A DNA stretch of 64,000 nt from Peribolospora baueri. Its lineage: Eukaryota. Both the position numbers and the translations under genes were made by a program. The notes below the pieces were generated by a model. It was not told the origin of the DNA, did no database searches, and saw only the letters and a program-made list of their open reading frames with translations. The DNA lies in assembly GCA_029717555.1 (NCBI GenBank), contig JAMDHS010000007.1:248001-312000 (forward strand). Direction: 5' to 3'. Shown in pieces: positions 23,924-35,616 of the stretch (position 1 is the first letter of the stretch; each line of letters opens with the position of its first letter).

Positions 23924-26900
23924 TTATGCGCTCGCCCGCTTGACCATCTGGGGAAAAAAACAGACAAGACGAGGGCAGGATGATGTGAGCGTGCCGCAAC
24001 CGACGCGAAGCGGGACCGAATCGCAAGACCGGTACGGTACGGCTTCCCCGTCCTCACCTCCTTGGCCCATTTGGCCACCCTCTTCGTCTCCGCAGAGTTA
24101 CTGCGCGCACGACCGGCTTTGAGCAGATCGCCGACCCAAGGTGCGACAAAGCCATCCTTGAGCTGTCCGCTAGGGAACGCGTCCGCGAGGTCTCCGAGGA
24201 GGCCGCACGCTCCACGGAAGAAGCTGTCCGTGCGGTGGTCTTCAGGCGTCGTCGCCCAGGCCATGTTGAGGAAGCCGAACATGTGCTGAACGTGCGGGAG
24301 GAGGAGGTCGACTGGGCGGCCGGAAAGGGAAAAAAATCAGCATAGAGTTTGGCGTCAGTCAGCGAGGTTCGATCTTTTACTCTGCCAACGCCAAGCTCCG
24401 AGACGCACCCCTGTTGCCGGACTTGAGTCCGGTGACGATGCCCACGTAAGCCTCGAGGATGCCTTCTCGGAGATGGGTGACGTATTCCTGCAACTCCCAG
24501 TCCTGCGCGCAGATGGCACGCCGGCGAAGGGAACAACAAGTCAAGAAGAAGAAGCGAACGTGAGACATATCTCCTTCAGACAGAGCAGACTGCCGCCCGC
24601 GCACTCCGACCGAGCTCAAGACGAGAAACTGCCGGACTCACGTCGTTGGCCTGCAAGCCGCCGGCCTGGGTGAGGACCAACATGGTGGTGGCGAGGTAAG
24701 GCTCGAAGGCGCCACCGATGGCCAGGGCGACGTCTCCAAAGGCGGAAAGGATGGCCGGCTTGACGTCGCGGTGGAGAACGGCGCTCTGGAGGTTCTCGAG
24801 CAAGGCGGACATGAACGCCTCTGAGTAAGGGAGGACGCCCTCTCCAAGGGCTCGGCACACGTCACCGATGAGGCCGACGGAGACGGAGCATAGCTGGTAC
24901 TCCTCGACGTTTTTGAGACCCTCCAAGAGGTAAGGCACGAAAGAGGACATGTAAGGGGCAAAGTCCTGCTCCAGAGCGGCGGTGATAGCTCCGACGGCCA
25001 GGAAGGCGTCCTCGAGGATCGTCGACTGCTTCGAGGCGGACTGCATGAGCTGGAGGAGAAGCGTCATGAGACGGTCGCAAACCTCCTTGATGCCCTTGCC
25101 GAGGCGGCGGACGACGGCCTGCGATCGAAGAAGGAAGGAAAGTCGGAGCTCAGAACCGCTCGCAGCGCGAACACGATCCACGCTCATCAGCCAAACTTAC
25201 GATCTCGACGCTAGCAAAGTTGGACTGAAGCTCGTAGTAGTTGTTGCGATCATCGACGCCGACGAGCTGGTTCTGAAGCCGCAGAGAGGAGGGGACACAA
25301 GAGCAGGCGTTCACGCGTCGTCAACCCGAACCGTCCAATCTCAGTGCCAATGCCTGCCGCAGAAGGGGGGTTAGAAAGGCACCACAAAGGACTCACCTGC
25401 ATGCCGAGAAGAGTGTGCATCCTCTCCATGATGGCGACGGCCAACGTCGACACGACGGAGACAGTGTCGTCAGCGCTGTTCTGGACAAGCGACGAGATTG
25501 CCTCGTAGGCGGCCGTACGGCTGTTGCTCTCGTTGGTACCCCTAACGAGATGTGAAGAAGAAAGCAGCAGAGAGGGGTCGACGATGTCAGTCGATCATGC
25601 GTGGTGACGACTGCAAGCTCGGTTCCAACCGGGGAGGGAGGACACGCACCTCTCGGTGACGCGCATCAAAGCGGTCATCATACCGTCAAAGTAAGGCGAG
25701 ATGGGCGCGGTGGGGGCGTAAAGGGAGTCTCCGACAGGCTCAGGAGCATCGGCAGAGTTGGTGCCAAGGTTCTCGGCGAGGTTGGAGAGGGACCAGCAGC
25801 AGTTGGCGACAATCCGAGGGTTGTCCTCCAACCCTTGCACGAGGGCGGTGACGAGCTCGTGTAGGTGCACGTCCGCCTTGATGGTAGAGGGGAGAACGTC
25901 GAGGATGCGGCCGAGCGTCCAGGCGGTGGTGTCCTTGACGGGCACCACGGGGTCACGCATCATCTCGATCAGCGTCGGAAGAGCCTGCGTCACGAGGGGG
26001 GCGAGCAACTTTGTGTCGGGACCCTCGAGGATGGAGCCAAAGGCCATGACGGCGGCCTCGCGGTGGTGCCAGTTCTCGTGCCTGATGTTGTTCTCGATGA
26101 AGGGAATCGTCGGGTTGAGGATGGGATCGGCGGCGCACTGCGCGAGGAGGTTGAGGCAGGTGGCGGCGGATTTGGAGATGTCCCATTCGTCCTCGTCCGC
26201 GTCCTCGTCCTGTCTGGTCAAAAGGGTGAGCAGGACCGGGACGATCTCGGGCAAGGCGTGGACGGCGAACTTGTAGTTGGTGCGCTCCGGCAGCTCGCCG
26301 TACTCCTGGGCCTATCCGTCAAGCAGAAAGAAGGACGAGTGAGGAGAGCGAACGAATGATGAAAGACGCGCGCGGGCGGGGCGGACATGCTCGTGCTCAC
26401 CTCCTCAGCTTCGAGCGCGATGTCAATCTCGCAATCACAGACGGTAGACCAGAACTCGACGGCTTGCAGAGCGACGGCCTGCTCCGGGTTCTGCATGCCG
26501 AGAACGGTGAGCTGCGAGGGTGGCGAGAGGATTTTGAGGTGAGTGACGGGGAACGAAGGAGTGGAGCGTTTTATGTGACGAGCACTCACGCCGAACAGAG
26601 CCTGCTGCATGTAAAAGCTCATCTTCTCATAGTAGTGCTGCATGATGCGGACGAGACAGGCGAACGCAGACGTCTGCACGTTGACGGACGGGTTCTGGGT
26701 GGCCTCGCAGACGACTTGCATGATGTAGTTTCGCTCGCCCTAAACGCAAGGCGAGGTAGAAGCGCCGACGCTCGCGTCAACATGATAGCCAGCGAGCGAG
26801 CACACGGCTGAGCTGCAGCATAACAGGAAAAAAGCAAGCCCACCTCGCGCTCAAAGTTTTGCCGAACAAACTCGATCGAGTTGTAGAGAGCGTTGATGGC

Positions 26901-27889
26901 GGCGTACTGCACTTCCGTGCTCGTCTCCTCCTTGCGTGCGCCCTGGACGACGGCGGTGAGGATCTCGTTGGACTTTTCCGCGAGGACATCCGGTCGCTGT
27001 GGGACGGACAGGCAAGGCGGTGATGAGTGAGGAGACGGGCGAGCAGGGTGCACATGCCAAAAAAAAAAAAAGGGTGGCCAAGGCGGAAGGTGGGAGGACG
27101 ATGGACTCACGATGATCTCGCACGTGAAGCCGATCGCTTCGAGCGTCGCTTTCCGAAGGTTGACATTCTCCTGGTTGTTGACAAAGGTGAGCAGCTGGGG
27201 GATGAGGTCGGGCCAGAGGTTGTCGGGAAGCTCAATGGCGGCGATGGCGGCGATGACCTGGGCGGCGGAGAGGCCCGCGCGAGCGTCCGGGCTGCCGAGC
27301 GTTTGGAGGGCGAGGGCCTTGATAGAGGATCGGTCCTCGGCGCTGAGGCTCTTCCATCGCTGGGCGTACTCTTCCTGACGATGCGTCTCCTACCGATCGA
27401 ACCGATCGAGGGAGTCGGGGAGAAGGGATGGGCGTGCGGCCGAACGCCGTTCGTAAGCTGAGGGACGGAAGAAAAGGGGGCTCTGACGACTCACCCTCGC
27501 CGTCAAAGCGTTCTTGACGGCCAGACCGGCGGCGTTACGGATGTGGGTGGCGGCTTGCTCGTTGGCGAGCTCCTGGGTGAGCATGGCCATGTAGTTGACC
27601 TGGCATTGGGGACGGGAAGAGGATGGTGGCGCGGTTCGGTGAGCAGGCAGTCAAGCGGGCGGCGCAGGAGGACAGAGGGACTAACATAGTTTTCCCTAGC
27701 GCCCGCCTCGAGCTTCTGCTCGGCATCAGTGCGGATGGCGGCATCTGGGAGAAGACGGGGAAGGGAGAGGACGCGGTGATATGAAGAGCGTCAGCGATGG
27801 CGAAGACGGAGAGGGGGCTGGTCGGAAGAGGAAGAAGAAGCGCGCTCACCGGGCGAGAGGGTGTTGGTGAGGAGCTGTGCGGCGTCCAT
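23924..27889 (-). CDS. KAP95: Importin subunit beta-1 (karyopherin beta, HEAT repeats), multi-exon
   Basis: MDAAQLLTNTLSP, IRNAAGLAVKNAL, SNEILTAVVQGARKEE, VALQAVEFWSTVCD, DEDADEDEWDISKSAATCL, WHHREAAVMAFGSILEGP, VKDTTAWTLGRI, LREGILEAYVGIV, GLLGDLADAF. Last exon MVKRASA* has its stop at 23924-23926. Confidence 0.96.
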
Positions 27890-28355
27890 TGTCGTGGACG
27901 GTGGTTCTCTCACGAGCGACGACGAAGGTGGTGGGCGGCGAAGAGGTGGAGCAGAGCGAGCAGGCGGTGGCTGTGTGTGAGATGTGGTGGTGCGAGGGCT
28001 GAGGGGAAGACGGCAGGAGGGAGTCGGAGGGATCGGAGACGAGGGAGAGGAGGCGAGGGGAGTGGACGAAGTGAAGAAGATGGAAGAGGCGAGTTGGACG
28101 ACGACGATGATGATGATGATGATCAGGACGAAAGTCGGCCGGACGAGCGACGGCGGCGAAAAAAGCCGAGCCGAGGCGCGTCGTCGTCGTCGTTGGCCAC
28201 GCGCGCGCACAAACACGGCCGAGGCGAGCGACGGAGGAGAATAATGGGAACGACGACGGGCGATCGTCGTCGACCACCGACATCGACATTGACGTCGACC
28301 ACCGACGACCAAACCACTCGCTCTTTCCTTTCTCCTTCCCTCCTCTATTCCGTAC

Positions 28356-29144
28356 ATGGCTGACAGGGTGAGCTGCGTCCCATCCGCCATCCATCCCTCG
28401 GCCCGTCCGCCGTCCGCGTCGCACACAGCGCTCACACCCCCTCCCTCTCTTTCTCTCTTCCTCTTCGTTGTTTTCGCTCTTTCTCTCCTTTTCTTTGCAG
28501 GGCCGAGGCAGCGTTGGCAGAGGCGGTCCGGGTGGTGGCCGAGGAGGCGGTGCGGGCGGCAGAGGCAGAGGAGGGCCGCCCGGCGCCGGCGGGAGGGGAG
28601 GCGGCGCAGGGCGAGGCGGCGGGCGAGGCGGCGGCGGCGGTGCGGGCGGAGGCGGAGGGGACAGACCCAAGAAGGAGGCCATCCTCGACTTGGCCAAGTA
28701 CGTGGACAAGCGGATCAGGGTCAAGTTCACCGGCGGCAGGGAGGGTGAGTGCCAGCGAGCCAGCTTCTAACCGAGCCGAGTATTTTCGCTCAACCCCTAT
28801 CCTCCCGACGCCACCCCTCCCAGTCATCGGCGTGCTCAAAGGCTACGACCAGCTGATGAACCTGGTGATGGACGAAGTGGAAGAGATGGTCCGAGGTGCG
28901 TCGATGTCGACCAGACCGACCAGGACGACCAAATCCGAATCTCACTTCGCTACCGGCCCATCCATCCCTCTTCCCCCTCTTCCCTTTTCTTCTTCGCCGC
29001 CGAGCAGACCCAGAAACACTCGAACAGACAGGCGAGACGCGCGCCCTCGGCCTCGCCGTGCTCCGCGGGACGGCGCTCGTGGTGCTCAACCCGGCCGACG
29101 GGTTCGAGTCTATCGAGAACCCGTTTGCCGCCGACGGGGAGTGA
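28356..29144 (+). CDS. LSM7: U6 snRNA-associated Sm-like protein LSm7 with RGG-rich N-terminal extension, 4 exons
   Basis: PKKEAILDLAKYVDKRIRVKFTGGRE|VIGVLKGYDQLMNLVMDEVEE...RALGLAVLRGTALVVLNPADGFESIENPF. First exon is MADR (28356-28367), followed by donor GTGAGC. Confidence 0.95.
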
Positions 29145-30649
29145 AAGCGGAAGGGCTAGGCAGATCGATCGGATGGATGGATGGACTACGACGAGGACGG
29201 GTGGGGAGCAGAGCGGAGCGCGAGGAGGAGGCACCACGGTTGATTTTCACCGCTGTCCCACCACCGACCCGCCGACCCGACAGACGGCGGTGCGGTGCGG
29301 CGAGACCTTGGGATTCCCGCTGGCGATGATGGACGGACAGATATGCGAAGGAACGGGGACGAGTGAGTGTACTGTACTGGTATTCGAACAAAAAGAACGC
29401 CCGCGCACGTCGCACACGTTCCCAGTCTCCTATCTCCTCCCTCCCTGAAAAAAAAAAATACTACAACTCGAACGCCGAGCTGATCTGACCCCGCCTACAC
29501 GACACTGACGACGACACTGACGACACGGACATGACATTGCAGCCCGCCCGATTGATTCGACCAACACGCCGAGGGCGAGCGAAAAGAAAAGAAAAGAAAC
29601 AAAAGGTTAAAAGGTTACCACCAAAAGCGGTGGCGATGGACACCACAGACGAACGAACAAAAAGAAAGAAGAAAGCAGGCATGCGAAAGAAGAAAAAGCG
29701 CGGGCGCGAGCAAGCGACGCGCGAAGCGATGACGTGAAGCGGCAGCCGCCGCGGGAAGAAACGAAGAAACGAAAAAAGAGAGGGATGTTGTGAATGGGGG
29801 ACGACGGATGGATGTATGGATGGAGCGAGGCGGGTAGCCTAGTACGATACAACAACACTACACTGACACTTGACATGCGGGGGAGGCGAGACGGGGTGCG
29901 ATAGATGGGCGGGCGAGAGAGAGAGAGAGAGAAAGAGAAAGAGAAGGAGCAATGAGGGGAGGCATGAAAACGAAATAGCGCTATTCCGAGGGCTTGTGTT
30001 GAACGGTGAAATGAAGAAGACAAAAGAAAGGGGTAAGAAGGAAGCCGAAAGCGCTGCATACTGGTTGATAAAATGACAAATGACGGAGACGATGGACGAC
30101 GGACGATTATGACGATGACGATGACGAATTTTGCGAGAGAGAGGCGCAAAGAGCCTTGACTTCCTTTGCCGAGAAACGGCGGACTGGCGGACGGAATGGA
30201 ATCGACGATGGGGCGGGACGAAGAGGGAAGGATAGGATGAATTGGACGGCCGAGGCCGAGGCCGAGGTGGGAGGACGCGGAGGCGGGCGATAGATGGGAC
30301 GGCCAGCGTATCCAAGTCCGAATGGGACCGGATCCAAGTGCCAGCGTCGAACTTGAGGGACCCATTTTACCTCTGCCACCTCAGCCTCGGCCCTTCCTTC
30401 TCCTTTGCTTGTCCCGAAAAACCCTCGTCCCTCCTAGTCCTCCTTCCCCCTTGTCCTCCTTCCTTCTCCCTTCCCCCTTCCCCCTTCCCCCCACCTCCTG
30501 GCCCTCCCCACGATCCAACCCAAGGAAATCCCAATTGACTTTTGACTTTTTGACCTCCGCCCACTTCCGAAAGAGGACCTCATGACGACGACGACGACGA
30601 CGGAGGTGGCAGGAGGGGAAGGGGGAAAAAAGAAAATTCCAACGCCGCA

Positions 30650-30713
30650 CGACGATGATGACTATGATGATTGATGATCGACGATGATGATGATCGACGA
30701 TGATGATGGTGCC

Positions 30714-30752
<39 letters not shown>
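30650..30752. repeat. (GAT)n trinucleotide microsatellite, interrupted
   Basis: A long gatgatgat... run; it is the source of the spurious poly-M/poly-I/poly-S ORFs here. Confidence 0.9.
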
Positions 30753-30755
<3 letters not shown>

Positions 30756-31075
30756 TGGACGGATGGACGAGCCGAGCCGAGCCGATCCAAGCACTTGCTA
30801 CGAAGCTTTGCCAGCGACCGCGACTGTGAGCGGACTTGAATCACATGAGAGTGACGAGAGTGGCAGTGGCAGTGGCAGTGGTGACCCGTTGACCTCGACC
30901 ATCGAGGAGTGAAAGAAGCGGGACAAAAAGAGAAACAGAGAGAGAGAAAGACAAAGAGAGAAAAAAGAGAAAAAGTGAAATCGAAAGAAGAAACCGGGCA
31001 GGCGGGTAGGACTCGGAAAACTTGCTGCGATGCCAATGCATTTAGATTAAGGCGATCCGACCAGACTTGGGCCCT

Positions 31076-33367
31076 TCACCAAGCCGACAAGCCCAACGTG
31101 CCCGCTTCGCCACCAAGCCGGAGGCCAAGACCGAATTCGTGCTCTCCAGACGTGCGCCCTTCGCCGGCGTGCGTCTCGGCAGGCTGAGGCTTGAAGATGC
31201 TCTGATGAGCCTGTGTGCCGTCTCCCGCATCGCCGCCGCCACCGCCACCACCGCCGCTGCCGGGGGACGTGCCGCCGGGACCTCCGCTTGGGGGGCTTCC
31301 GCGAAGGTTCTTGGTGGGCGGGCCGATGGGCGTGGGGAGGCGGCTGCCGCGGTGGATGGGACTGGCCTCCTCGTCGCTTGACACGCTATCCGCCGAGTGG
31401 CTTGGGCTCAGGCTGGGCCGGGCCGGGGAAGAGGACCAGATGTCGCGAAGCTGTTGCTGTTGTTGCTGCTGCTGCTGCTGTTGTTGTGCCTGCTGTGCCT
31501 GGGAAGGCACCTGCGGCTGCCACGGCTGGGACGTCTTGAGGCCGCCGAGGGTCGAAGGGGGCGAGATGGGCGGAAGGCCGTTCAACATGCCGTTGACGGC
31601 CACGCCACCGCCGACGCCGCCACCACCAAGGGGACGAAGGGGAGGCGGAAGCGGCAGCGAGCCGGGAGTCTGGCTCGAAGGCGGACCGTTGCCGAAGACG
31701 CCGGAGGAGATGTGACCGCCACCACTGCCGAGAGGAAGGGAGGCGCTATAAGGAGAGGAGGAGGACCAGATATCCCTCAGCTGCGCCGCCGACGTCGGCT
31801 CGCGAGGCAGCGACGAGGATGGCTGCTGCTGCTGCTGCTGCTGCTGCGGACCAGTCGGCTGCCACGGTTGTGGGCCCTTGGGCCCGAATCGGGACATGAG
31901 CGAGTACCCGCCGGCACCGGCGGGAACGGAAATGGGCGGCCTCTGCGAGCCGGGAGGCTGGCTCGGAGGGGGTCCGTTCCCGAGGACGGTAGGAGGGATG
32001 TGGCGAGTGGTGGTAGGGAGGGAAGTGGCAAAGGGGCCAGCAGCGTTAAAGGACGAAGAAGACTCGCCGGCGGCGGCGGCGGTGGTGGTAAAACCGAGGC
32101 CGTTGGCGCCCACGGCCGCAGGACCGGTCGTCGCGAGGTTGAGAGGCGGATTGGCGTTGTTGTTAAAGTACTTGGACTTGCCGCCCTTGGAGGCGGCGGC
32201 GGCAGCGGCGGCGGCCTGGATGGTGGCGGGGTCAGCGCCGGCGGCGAGCTGGGCAGCGAGGGCGGCGCCGTTGGCGATGCCGAGGCCGATGTCATTGCCC
32301 TCGGCGAAAGGGAAGCAGCGCATACAAACTTTCCTCCTGCGCCAATTCTACTCGAACGAAAAGAGACGTGAGCTGGATCGAGCAATGAATCACGAGGCGA
32401 CGCGGCTCACCACAAAGCCGCACTGGCAGAACCAGTCTCCGGGTTGGATGCACATGGGGCCCGAGTTCCCGGTGTTGACGATCGGTGGGTTATTGGCGCC
32501 AGGTGCGCCGCCACTGGCACCGGTACCGCCACCGGCACCGGCACCGGCGACGACGGTCGACGCTGGGCCAGCGCCCGGCTGGATCTGGCCCTGACCTGGG
32601 ATGGGGGGCATGGCGCCTCCCGTGCCTCCCTGACGGGGACCGACGGCGGCGTTTCCGGGCACCGAGGGAGGTGGAGCGCCTCCGGAGGCGCCGGCGGCGG
32701 CGGCGGCGGTCACGCTGGGGTTGATGCCATTGACGCCGAAGCCCACGCCGAGCTGGCCGAGCTGGAGGGCGGCGAGGAGGGCGGGCGAGGTGGCGGGGAT
32801 GGTGGTGGCACCGTTCGCGCCGACGAGGGAGGCTGGGAGGCAGAAGGGGGCTTGCTGACCGGTCTTGTGTTGTCCCTGCTGGCTCGACTGCTGTTGTTGC
32901 TGGCCCGACTGCTGCTGCTGCTGTTGCTGGCTGGCACCGGGAGCTTGAGGACCGGGGTCGGGGCGGAAGACGGAGGAGGAAGGGTCATCGATGGGCCCTC
33001 CAGAGGCGACCTGAACGCCGGGGCCGGGTGGAGCCGACCCTCCAAAAGGGTGGCTGCCGAGGGCGGGCAAGCTGGAGAGCGTGCGAGGCGAGGGGTTGCT
33101 GTGAAAGCGGTGATGGTGATGCTGGTGAGGAGCTCCAGGAGCGCCGAACGGCGTGGGCTTCTGGCTTCCGCAGGCCATGCACCGCTCGTTGCGGCCGAAG
33201 TTGTGGAAAGAGCAGCCGGGGCTGGCGCAGACCCAATCTCCCTGGCGAAAGGCGGCGACGGGTGGGTTAGCGGGCGGGTTGGCAGACAGGCTGAAGCCGT
33301 CGGCCCAGACGTCGAGGGCGGTCGCGTCGGCCCACTGGCGTCGGCCAGGTGGCGATGCGTCGGACAT
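31076..33367 (-). CDS. RanBP2-type zinc finger, Gln/Gly/Pro-rich putative RNA-binding protein, 2 coding exons
   Basis: Two RanBP2 fingers: GDWVCASPGCSFHNFGRNERCMACG and GDWFCQCGFV|NWRRRKVCMRCFP, the second joined across intron 32410-32348. Poly-Q, prion-like low complexity. The start codon is uncertain. Confidence 0.85.
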
Positions 33368-34000
33368 GGCGCAGATCGAGGAGAAGGGGGTGCGGCCAAA
33401 TTTGGGGGAAGAAGGAGGAGGGTGGACGGTTGGGGAGGAGGTTTGTAGAGGAGAAAAGGATGTGGGGGAGGGCGGAAAGAAGGCGCCTAGAAAGCACCGG
33501 AGGAGATGAAGGCGTGTCCGTTTATGGGTGCGGCGAGGAAGGAGAGAGGGTGGGCGTTGCGAGAGACAAGGCGTGTGAGTGTGGGTGTGACGTAGGGCAG
33601 CGACTCAGCGTGCGCCTTCGCTCGGCCAGCGGGAGGTATCGCAGCCTATGGGAGGGCGAGATGGCGATGAGCGGCGAGCGATGAGCGGGGCGATGGCGAT
33701 GGGGGCGATGGGCGATGAGACGTGATGGACGAGAAAGGGAAAGACAAGGCGCGGGCGGCTGACAAAAGGCGAGCGCGTGACGGAGGTGGATGGGAGAAGA
33801 GAGGTTGGGTGAGGGTGGTCATGGTAGAAGGCCTCGAAGGTAGACAGACATACATGAGTAAAGGTAAGTCAGGACTTAACACACACAAGCGGCCGAGGTT
33901 CGATTGCGGGGGGGTGTTGGACGGCAGCAAAAAGGAAGACGGGGGTGCGATGTTTCAGGTTGCGCGGGCGAGGGGATCGGAGGGAGAGGAAGAGTAAGAG

Positions 34001-34046
34001 GGCGATGGGCGATGGCGATGGCGATGGCGATGGCGATGGCGATGGC
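34001..34046. repeat. (GGCGAT)n hexanucleotide microsatellite
   Basis: ggcgatggcgatggcgat... is seen directly. Confidence 0.85.
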
Positions 34047-35616
34047 GAGCGGTGCGTTGAATGAATGCGACGATCCAGGGCTATCTATCTATATCGATGG
34101 GGGCCAATCCGGGAGAAGCAGTCTGGGCGATGTGATATGGATAGGCGGACGGGAGGGCGAGATGGAGGAAGAGAGGAGATGGATGATGAAGGAGTCGCTT
34201 CTCTTCGAGTCGGCTTGGCTTGGCAAGAAGGAGATGTTGTTGGACTGGTCGAGCAGCGAGCGTCGGCCACGAGGACGAAGACGAGGACGAGGACGACGAC
34301 GCTGCGCAGTGTCGAGCGATGATAGATAGATGGATGATGGAGTGAGTGGATACATTCTTCCTTCTCCCTCGCGCCTTGGCCTGGGCTGCTTGCGCGCGGA
34401 CGACACGAGCCAGACAAACCAGACAAACCAAGGAAGGAAAGAACGAGGGGCCCAAAAAAGGGTCACTGCCAACTCGACAACGGGCGGCCGAGTCCTGAGT
34501 GAGCGGCGTGCGTGAGTTGGCATCATCCACCAACCACCACACCACGACTACGACTACGACTACGACCACGTTGATCATACGCAGCCAGCAAGCCGGGCCA
34601 GAGCGAACCGACGAAAGCAGGCAGTCCAAAGCGGGTACTCGTACTCGTACTCGCGCTCGTTTCGTCGTCTGCGGCGCATACGATACCATCACATCCATGA
34701 TGCACTCTATGTACGCAGCAAGCCGCATCCTATCCTATCCAATCCTTTCTTTTTTCCACACCCACCCATCATCATCCAATCCGCTCCTCCTCGTAAGCAA
34801 CGCCAACCCACGTAGCTCAGCTCAGGTCGATCTGGCGCGCGCCAGCCCGGCATCGCATAGCGTTGCATAAGCACTCCTTCGCTCCTTCGCCTATCTTCCT
34901 ATCTTCCTATCTCCCATCTCGCAGCGTCTAGACCGTCTAGATGCGCACGGACGGAGGGAGGGCGGGATGAGGAGGGTGGAAGGACAAGATGAGATGAAGG
35001 GCGATAGATAGATGAAGCGATAGATGAAGCCGATTAGCGAGAGAAATTACTGGCAACGGACGCAAACAATTGTCCGTCGGCCCGACCTCCTTGGCTTGGA
35101 AAAAGAGATCAAAAATGGGTCCGTTCTAAATGGCGTTCGTCAACTTTATATGGTTTCATCTCGCCGTGCTCCCCCCACCAACACAGACACACATACAATA
35201 CATAACCCCACTACCATCTCGCCACCCTCTCCTCACCCTCATCCGCCCGCCATCCCAAAGTCGAGTCCCACCGCCTGCGCGCGACGCACGCATGGATGGA
35301 CAGACAGAGGGACAGACACAGAGACAGAGGGAACGATGACCGGAGAGAAAGAAAAAGGCCGGGTCGGGCCGGGAGAAAGAAAGGTGGGAAACGACATGAT
35401 GAAACGGCGCTCGTCAAGGTCCATGATCAACGTTTTCGTAAAACAAAAGAAGAAAAAAATGGGAGAAAAACAAAATTGTCCCGGTCGGTCCAACGAGAAG
35501 ACAAAAGGAAGGGAGGAGGGAAAGGGGATGCGACAGTCCAACGTCCGTTACCATCTTTTGTCCGTGCGAGAAATCAGTTCCACAGAGATCTTCCCACGTG
35601 CCGCCCGCCCCGCCTC

